A DNA stretch of 64,000 bases, from positions 160,001 to 224,000 of the forward strand of contig CAVWIP010000006.1 in NCBI GenBank assembly GCA_963755125.1, given 5' to 3'. A model generated the notes under the pieces. The model made no database searches and was not told where the DNA came from. It saw nothing but the letters and a program-made list of their open reading frames with translations. Numbering within the stretch: the stretch's first letter is position 1; each line of letters begins with the position of its first letter. This DNA comes from an uncultured delta proteobacterium (GTDB taxonomy: Bacteria; Myxococcota_A; Polyangia; Fen-1088). Positions 57,287 to 64,000 of this stretch are shown here, piece by piece. Both the position numbers and the translations under genes were made by a program.

Positions 57287-59338
57287 GTGGAAATTTCGAC
57301 AAGACGATTCAAGCAACTCGCGTTGATCGGGCTTGGTGCCACGGGCATCCTGGCCGCCTGTAGCAGCAACTCTGGGTCCAGCGGCAGCACCGGCGGCGCC
57401 AGCGCCAAGGGTGGCTCCATAGGTAGTGGCGGCGCCAGCGCCCAGGGTGGATCCACAGGTAGTGGCGGCGCCAGCGCAATGGGCGGATCCAGTGCGACGG
57501 GCGGAACCGCGGGCAGTGGTGGTGCGACAAGCTCGGGCGGCGCCTGCGCGGGTACAGTTACTCTCTTCGACTTTGCCACCGGCGATCAAGGATGGGTTTT
57601 CAACACCTATCAGGCCACGAACGCCGCAGGCGTCGCGGTCAGTCCTTTCAATCTCGCCGTGCCCGGGAACCTGTCCGGAGGAGATCTCGACGCTGGCGTC
57701 GCGGCTCCAACCCTCGCCGCCGACAGCACCGTCGGCGATCCGCCCGGCTCACTCAAGGTCGTGGTGACGTTCACCGGCTACGATCAACAGGTGAACCCCA
57801 ACTTCAACTGGGGATCTAACGCGCTTCAAGATTGGACGAACAAGGTCGTCAGCGTACTCGTCAAGGTCGATCCGGCGGTGCCTGCCACCTTCAGTGGCGG
57901 AATCCAGCTCTACGCCCAGGACACCACTTATGCCGGTCAATACCAGTGGTCGGCCTTCCCGACTGACAACGCCTGGCATACGTACACCCTGGACATGAAC
58001 GGCACCACCAGCGTGAACCCTGCCGAAATCATACAGTTCACAGTCCAATTAGCATCGGCCAGCGCGCCTACCGACACTGGCGATGGCGGCGTGGCTCCGT
58101 TCACCCCGACCACGGTGACGGCGTACATCGACACGATCACGGTCAGCGGCAACGCCGGAAGTGGAGGTTGTGGCGGCGGGTCGACGACGCCCGCTAGCGG
58201 AGGGGCTGGTGGGTCGAACGCGACCGCCAGCGGCGGTAGCGGTGGAAACAGCATCGGCGGCAGCGGAACGGGCGGCCTCCCCACGGGCGGCGCAACGGGC
58301 ACCGGCGGCGCGGGCACCGGCACCGGCCTAGGCGGCAGCAACGGGAGCTTGCCCGCGCTCACCGTCAATGGCACCGTATTGCAAGACCCGAGTGGCAAGA
58401 CCATCGTCCTACGCGGGACAGCTTTGATCGACATCGGCTCGCTCTACGCCAAGGGCGGCAACAGCGCCGCGGGAATCACGGCCCGAATCGACAAGATAGC
58501 CGCCGCAGGCCTGCAGGGCCACGTGATACGCCTGCCAGTCTATCCGAAGATCAACTACAACGCCGGATATCCAACTTGTTCGCCCTTGCCCTACCCGGTT
58601 GGCAGCGGCCCGAGTGCAAGCTGCACCCCCACCACCCCGATGACCGCAGCCGATTATGTCAGCAAGGTTCTCCAGCCAGCGGTCGACTACGCCACCAGCA
58701 AGAACCTGTACGCCATCATCGATTTCCATCAAATCGACAACGCCACCACGGGTACTTCGGCAGCCGATGCGACGACCTTCTGGACCGACATCGCCCCGAA
58801 ATTCGCGAGCTACACCAACGTCATCTACGAACCCTTCAACGAACCCATCGACAGCTCCGCACCGTGGACCACTCTCAAACCCGTGGTGCAGGGCTGGATC
58901 AATACCATTCGTGCGGCAGCCCCCAACAACATCATCATCGTTCCCTCCATGAGCTACGACCAACACCCCGGCGACGCCGCCAGCAATCCGCCAACAGGAA
59001 CCAATCTTGTGTTCACCGCGCACGTCTATCCTGGCAATTGGAGCACGTCCTTTCAGGCACAGGTCGCCACAGCGGTGGCAAAGGCGCCGGTGTTCATCAC
59101 CGAGTGGGGGTACGAGCTAAACGGCAGCGACCAAAACCTCTCCACCACCAGTGCCACCTGGGGAACCGATTTCGAGACGGCGGTTGACGGCTACGGAGCG
59201 AGCTGGACAGCGTGGGTCACCGACAACTCCTGGACACCCAGTATGTTCTCGGACAGCGCCCTCACCACCCTCACCGCCTTTGGCACAGTGGTGAAGAACT
59301 GGCTTGCCGCCAAGGCAACCAGCGATTGGGTTCAGTAG
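57287..59338 (+). CDS. GH5 cellulase-like lipoprotein with an N-terminal CBM-like domain
   Basis: Lipobox LAA-C, Gly linkers, IIDFH, YEPFNEP, AHVY, VFITEWG. Confidence 0.92.
   Translation: MEISTRRFKQLALIGLGATGILAACSSNSGSSGSTGGASAKGGSIGSGGASAQGGSTGSGGASAMGGSSATGGTAGSGGATSSGGACAGTVTLFDFATGDQGWVFNTYQATNAAGVAVSPFNLAVPGNLSGGDLDAGVAAPTLAADSTVGDPPGSLKVVVTFTGYDQQVNPNFNWGSNALQDWTNKVVSVLVKVDPAVPATFSGGIQLYAQDTTYAGQYQWSAFPTDNAWHTYTLDMNGTTSVNPAEIIQFTVQLASASAPTDTGDGGVAPFTPTTVTAYIDTITVSGNAGSGGCGGGSTTPASGGAGGSNATASGGSGGNSIGGSGTGGLPTGGATGTGGAGTGTGLGGSNGSLPALTVNGTVLQDPSGKTIVLRGTALIDIGSLYAKGGNSAAGITARIDKIAAAGLQGHVIRLPVYPKINYNAGYPTCSPLPYPVGSGPSASCTPTTPMTAADYVSKVLQPAVDYATSKNLYAIIDFHQIDNATTGTSAADATTFWTDIAPKFASYTNVIYEPFNEPIDSSAPWTTLKPVVQGWINTIRAAAPNNIIIVPSMSYDQHPGDAASNPPTGTNLVFTAHVYPGNWSTSFQAQVATAVAKAPVFITEWGYELNGSDQNLSTTSATWGTDFETAVDGYGASWTAWVTDNSWTPSMFSDSALTTLTAFGTVVKNWLAAKATSDWVQ
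57391..57480. repeat. 36-bp in-frame repeats (GSGGASAxGGS about x3)
   Basis: ggcggcgccagcgc recurs at a 36-bp period. Confidence 0.65.
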
Positions 59339-59583
59339 CCCAACATGGGCAAGCGGGCTTTCAGGTCACCCCTGTCGGTGGAGGCATGACCGAGTGAACC
59401 ATAGAAGTCCGAGGGTGCACAGGTGGACACCGCCTACAAAAACCTCAATGATATTGGGGAGGCCACTCTTCCGTACAGAAGTCGTGGGAATGTTTTGGCT
59501 CGCAACTGCGAAAAGTCCCGCGCCAATGGCACTCTTCGCGATCGCCAGACGGTCGGGGTAGACTCACGAATATCGACTGACCA

Positions 59584-61089
59584 ATGCCCGCTTGCATGCG
59601 TTTCGCTAGCCCTTGCAAGGTTCGGCCATGTTCTGTCCATTTGGCGCTTTGGGCTGGGGTGGTTGTGTTTACACAGACCGCCTCGCAGGCGCACGCGGCA
59701 GTACCCGCTGACAAGCCATCGCCTCATGAGTCGAACGCGCTAGTTGAAGCCCTCGGTCCGCTCATCTGGCCAACCGATTGCCGTATCGTCATCCCCGACG
59801 TCCGCGCCAAGATCCTGACTGCCTTGCAGCCTGTCATCACGCACGACAAGCGCGCCTTTGTCGACCAGGTGATCAGCGACGAATTCTTCCATCGTTGCGG
59901 GTGGGACAGGGACAGCTACACCCAGAAGGATCATGATTGCGACACATCCGGCAGATGCGGCTTTGTGCTCGCCGATGCTTTTGAAGCGGACGACGCCCAC
60001 ACCGCCGACCTCCTGCGCTGGAGAATCGATCACCCGCAAGAGCACCCGACGGCGTGGACCAAGCTATACTCCTATGGCACGCGGATGGTCTGGCCGCCCG
60101 ACCTTGTGGCCGGAATCTACGACGCCTGGCTCTCTGGGTGCAGGAAGGATTGGACGACTGCGCGCTCTTGCTTCGACCTTCTCTGCGAGGGTGTTGCACG
60201 ACGCTCATGGGTGGACGCCGAAGCACGGGTCGCGCTGCTGAGTGCGGAGCCGCTGCGTACGGGATACGACGTCCACGATGACGATCTGAGTTTCATCGAA
60301 AAATGCATCATTCACCATTCCAGCTCGGAAAGAGGTATCCCTCGTTACCCCGACGTGGCACGCTATCTCGTAAGAAAGGCCGAAGTCTCGCCGGACCCGG
60401 TCACAAGCAACGCATTCCTCACCTATCAGGAAGTCAATACTGACGTCCCCGAGGCGCAGTTGTTGATCATAACTGCGCTGCGGCGCTGGTCCACGGGCAC
60501 GTTTTCCTGTCACGAATACGTCGACGACCTCGCCTGCGGCAAAGACCTCATCCGGCAGCTCAAGGCGTTGGCGACGCCTGAAGCTGCGGCAGCTCTAGCG
60601 GAGCTCACGCCAGCGATCGAGGCCCGCACGGATCGCCTCAAGTCAGAGAGCCGACGCGGAGCTGTCGCTACCGCGGGCAGCCGCGCGGCGTCTGCCTCAC
60701 CGCTGCTCTTGCTGTCTGGCCTTGGCGTCGCTCAAGCGCTCGCCTGGCGCCAGTCGAACGCCCCGAGCGCGCTGCGTACCCCCCTCGCCACCATCGACAC
60801 CGCAATCGTCGGTGGCGCTGCCTTCGTCAGCGTCGTGGTGACCATGGCCTACGCTCTGAGCGCGCACGATACGCCCTCAGGTCTAGGGACCATCGACAAT
60901 GCCATGAGTGGAATCGGTCCGGCCCTGATCAGTCTCAGCGCGGGACTTGTCGCCGGGGCGGCCAGCCTTTACGGCGCCGGCTACCTCGGCTATCGGTTGC
61001 GGGACAACCGCACTTTTTACATGAGCATCGCTGCCAGCGAGGCGGTACTGCCTGTCCTGGTGTTCTTGTACCACGTGGTGACAAGGTAG
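59584..61089 (+). CDS. Hypothetical membrane protein
   Basis: 501-aa ORF with a signal-like N-terminus, Cys-containing middle and about 4 C-terminal hydrophobic segments. Confidence 0.7.
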   Translation: MPACMRFASPCKVRPCSVHLALWAGVVVFTQTASQAHAAVPADKPSPHESNALVEALGPLIWPTDCRIVIPDVRAKILTALQPVITHDKRAFVDQVISDEFFHRCGWDRDSYTQKDHDCDTSGRCGFVLADAFEADDAHTADLLRWRIDHPQEHPTAWTKLYSYGTRMVWPPDLVAGIYDAWLSGCRKDWTTARSCFDLLCEGVARRSWVDAEARVALLSAEPLRTGYDVHDDDLSFIEKCIIHHSSSERGIPRYPDVARYLVRKAEVSPDPVTSNAFLTYQEVNTDVPEAQLLIITALRRWSTGTFSCHEYVDDLACGKDLIRQLKALATPEAAAALAELTPAIEARTDRLKSESRRGAVATAGSRAASASPLLLLSGLGVAQALAWRQSNAPSALRTPLATIDTAIVGGAAFVSVVVTMAYALSAHDTPSGLGTIDNAMSGIGPALISLSAGLVAGAASLYGAGYLGYRLRDNRTFYMSIAASEAVLPVLVFLYHVVTR

Positions 61090-61129
61090 GAAGAAGAACC
61101 CCGGCGTTTTTCCGGCGCCCTCGGCCCCT

Positions 61130-61632
61130 CGGTCGAACGCGGAGCTGATCTTGTAGAGACTGGCGACCAGGCTGATGAGCAGGCCGCGACGCTGCCACAA
61201 GCTCCTGCCCGCGCGACCTAGAATACGCGGCATGGAATAGAATTTCCGGCCGCACTGGTCCATCTCGGCAATGACTTGGTCGAAAGAAAGGTGCCGATAG
61301 TGCGCCACCGGAAAGGTCAGGGTGTAGTACTTCCAGTCCAGGGGGAAATCGTCGACCGCCAGGCGCTGCTCGGCAACCATCTTGCCCCAGAGCTGCGTCC
61401 CGGGCAAAGGCGTGAGGAACAGGGCATTGAGGTTGTCGACGCCGTATTCGGTTGCCGCCGCGGCGATGCGCCCGCCGATACCGGGTTAGTCCGCGTCCAG
61501 CCCGATAATGAAAGAGCCCACCACCAGCATGCCGTGCCGGTGGATGCACTCGACTGAGGCGCGAAAGTCCCGACCTTTGACCAGGTTGATCTTCTTGCCC
61601 AGCTCCCGCAATCCCTCTGGGCTCGGGGTCTC
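61130..61632 (-). pseudogene. C-terminal fragment of a radical SAM protein with an in-frame stop
   Basis: ETPSPEGLRELGK...VVGSFIIGLDAD*PG...LTPLPGTQLW...DWKYY; TAA at 61486-61488; no N-terminus. Confidence 0.8.
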
Positions 61633-62530
61633 ATTCACTGCGAAGCACGCCTGCTGCGCGAGCAATTGCTCCTGTGCGCGGCTCACCAGTTCCGCGAGGG
61701 GGACGTCCAGCACTGGTGGCATCCACCATCGGGACGTGGCGTGCGCACCCACTGTTCGGACGACTACCTCTGGCTGCCGCTTGCCACCTGTCGCTATACC
61801 CTCGGCACCGGAGACACCGGCGTGCTGGACGAGGTGATCCCTTTCCCCGACGGACGTGCGGTCCACGCGGAGAAGGACTCGTACTACGACCTGCCCCGGC
61901 GCTCCGCGGAAGCCGACACCCTGTACGCGCATTGCACCCGCGCCATTTTGCACGGGTTCCGCTTCGGTAGCCACGGCCTTCCGCTCATCGGCTCCGGCGA
62001 CTGGAACGACGGGCAGGGGCGAAAGTGTGTGGTTGGGATTCTTCCTTTATGAAGTGCTCGAGCGCTTCACTGAACTGGCGCGGCGGCGCGGCGACCTGGC
62101 CTTCGCTGAACGCTGCCAGAGCGAAGTGGCCGAGCTGCGACGAAACATCGAGGCGAACGGCTGGGATGGCCAGTGGTACCGGCGCGCCTACTTTGACGAC
62201 GGCTCGCCCCTGGGCTCGGCCAGCAGCTCCGAGTGCCAGATTGATTCTATCGCCCAAAGCTGGTCCGTGCTGTCCAGGGCCGGCGACCCCGAGCGCTCTC
62301 GCTTAGCCATGGACGCAGTGGACCAGCGGCTGGTGTGTCGCGAGCACTCACTGATCCAGCTGCTGGATCCGCCCTTTGACAAGTCGAACCTAGATCCCGG
62401 CTACATCAAGGGCTATGTCCCGGGCGTGCGCGAGAACGGCGGCCAGTACACCCACGCCGCGGTCTGGGCGGCCATGGTTTTTGCCGCTCTGGGTGACGCT
62501 CGACGCGCGTGGGAACTGCTCGCCATATTG
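61630..62530 (+). pseudogene. Internal fragment of a GH94 glucan phosphorylase (Cgs/NdvB C-terminal-like), frameshifted
   Basis: QF.EGDVQHWWHPP.GRGVRT.CSDD.LWLP, GDWNDG, frameshift at about 62013 into GESVWLGFFL, IDSIAQSW, GYIKGY.PGVRENGGQYTH; truncated at both ends. Confidence 0.88.
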
Positions 62531-62723
62531 CTGCCTGTATCGTTGAACTCACGGAGGCCCCGATGTGCAAGATGTCGACGGACGTCGTGACCATCTACGG
62601 GTTCAACGGTAATGTTACGAGATGTTTCGGTGCGGGCCGGGGATCTGTGCCATCATGGATTCGCGTTGAATAGGATGTCGGACGTCGGGCGTTACAGATC
62701 TCGGTATTGAGATGGAGGCACCA

Positions 62724-63818
62724 ATGAAAGAATCAACAATCGGCAGGACAATTGCCTCAATCGCTGCATGCATGGTCGTGGGCGCGTTCTCAGTCAAGTG
62801 TGGGCCGCTCCAGCCCGTGAATGCTGTTCCTCCGCCGATTGGCGGCATCGGAGGCAGTGTCAATGCGACCGGAGGGAGCGACAGTGCGGGCGGAAGCGGT
62901 GGAGTTGGCGGAAGCGCCATAATCAGCTATGGAAGTTCATTGCCAATCGGGACTGGGGGTGATGACGCGGGAGCTGCCGATGCTGCCAGCGCTGCCGTGT
63001 GGCCTCCCCCGGGCTATGTGAATGTGACGAACGTGTCTTACGGCGCGTACGCGCTCGGCCCGCAGCTCGTTTCGAACAGTGGGGCTTCCACATCGGACGG
63101 AGGAAGTGGTTCCGGCGTGCCCGGTAGCGGTGGCATGGGAACTCCCGGCAATTGCAGCGGGCTCTACGGCGTAGTGCGCGATTTCAAGATGGGTACGACG
63201 CCAGGTGGTCAACCGGATTTCCAGTCGCCTACCCCGCAAGATGATCGGGGAATCGTTACCACGACGCTCGGTTCGGATGGCAAGCCGGTCTACGCGCATC
63301 CCGGCGGCAAGACGCCCACGACGACGGGTCAGGCCGATTTAAACCAGTGGTACAACGATGTGCCTGGTGTGAACATGACCTATCTGCTCGGTCTGCACTT
63401 CGTTCCGAATGGCAGCGTGCTGACCTTCGCCGCATCCATTAACAACAAGGGAGTTCCAGATTCATCGTACTTTCCGCTCGACAATGAGGGTTGTGGCAAC
63501 CAGGGCGAAAATCACAACTTCAGCTTCACTACCGAAATCCACACGTCGTTTACCTACAACGGCGGTGAGATATTCACCTTCCAAGGGGATGACGACGTGT
63601 GGGTGTACATCAACAACCAACTGGCCATCGATCTGGGCGGGATTCACGTCCAGGAAACCGGGACCGTGAATCTTGACGCCCAAGCCAGCCAGCTTGGACT
63701 CGCGGTGGGCAAAGTCTATCCCTTGGCGGTATTCAATGCCGAAAGGCATACCACCCAGTCCAATTTCCGTATCGACACCACCCTTGTCTTTACCGATTGT
63801 GGCCAGATAATCCAATAG
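62724..63818 (+). CDS. Second fibro-slime (PA14-like) domain protein
   Basis: GGAGG RBS, VRDF, YFPLD, HNFSFTTE, GDDDVWVYIN..LAIDLGGIH, AERHTTQSNFRIDT. Confidence 0.9.
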   Translation: MKESTIGRTIASIAACMVVGAFSVKCGPLQPVNAVPPPIGGIGGSVNATGGSDSAGGSGGVGGSAIISYGSSLPIGTGGDDAGAADAASAAVWPPPGYVNVTNVSYGAYALGPQLVSNSGASTSDGGSGSGVPGSGGMGTPGNCSGLYGVVRDFKMGTTPGGQPDFQSPTPQDDRGIVTTTLGSDGKPVYAHPGGKTPTTTGQADLNQWYNDVPGVNMTYLLGLHFVPNGSVLTFAASINNKGVPDSSYFPLDNEGCGNQGENHNFSFTTEIHTSFTYNGGEIFTFQGDDDVWVYINNQLAIDLGGIHVQETGTVNLDAQASQLGLAVGKVYPLAVFNAERHTTQSNFRIDTTLVFTDCGQIIQ

Positions 63819-63865
63819 ACCCGTCGTTTGCGTGGACGTCCGTTCCCCAGGGGACAGGCCAGACA

Positions 63866-64000
63866 ATGGAACCGCTCGGTGTGATAGTGCTCGACGAATT
63901 CCTTGATCAGGTGGCGCAAGTGTCGCTCGCCGAAAATGATGAACTGGTTCAGGCACTCGTACTTTATGGTCCTCGCAGATCTCTCGGCGTGCGGACTACA
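63866..64000 (-). mobile_element. Truncated integrase-core (rve-type) transposase fragment
   Basis: CSPHAERSARTIKYECLNQFIIFGERHLRHLIKEFVEHYHTERFH, after which similarity ends. Confidence 0.75.

Noticed and set aside
60883..61129. Extension of the radical SAM remnant ORF into the 501-aa gene
   Set aside because: Read-through antisense sequence with no family similarity.

Overview
GC-rich bacterial chromosomal segment. Its gene content (three Ser/Thr kinases, a TPR-PEGA protein, many Cys-rich and Gly-linker lipoproteins, PilZ, two fibro-slime proteins) suggests Myxococcota/Polyangia; this is an inference. Housekeeping features are tRNA-Lys and tRNA-Glu, the zapA-6S RNA-ygfA-rny block, a TldD-like gene, dapL, murA, gltA and lipB. 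Accessory features include an nSTAND-type NTPase-TM-HEAT protein, a kinase/lipoprotein cluster with an embedded Xre-RES toxin-antitoxin pair, an M28 peptidase with a long unassigned N-terminus, and GH26 and GH5 glycanases. The right end holds decayed genes (radical SAM, GH94 and integrase fragments). The best candidate for an undescribed system is the bacillithiol-type bshC-bshA pair nested, with almost no intergenic space, between DUF2911 and an operon for an exported LmbE/PIG-L hydrolase, a small membrane protein and a Na+/solute symporter. This suggests periplasmic processing and salvage of a bacillithiol-like thiol. Other oddities are tRNA-Glu with C33, RNase Y with Asp->Asn at an HD-domain ligand, a RES toxin with Ser->Asn, repeated signatures of leaderless transcription, and two single-base frameshifts. 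All calls come from reading motifs by eye; no database searches were run.
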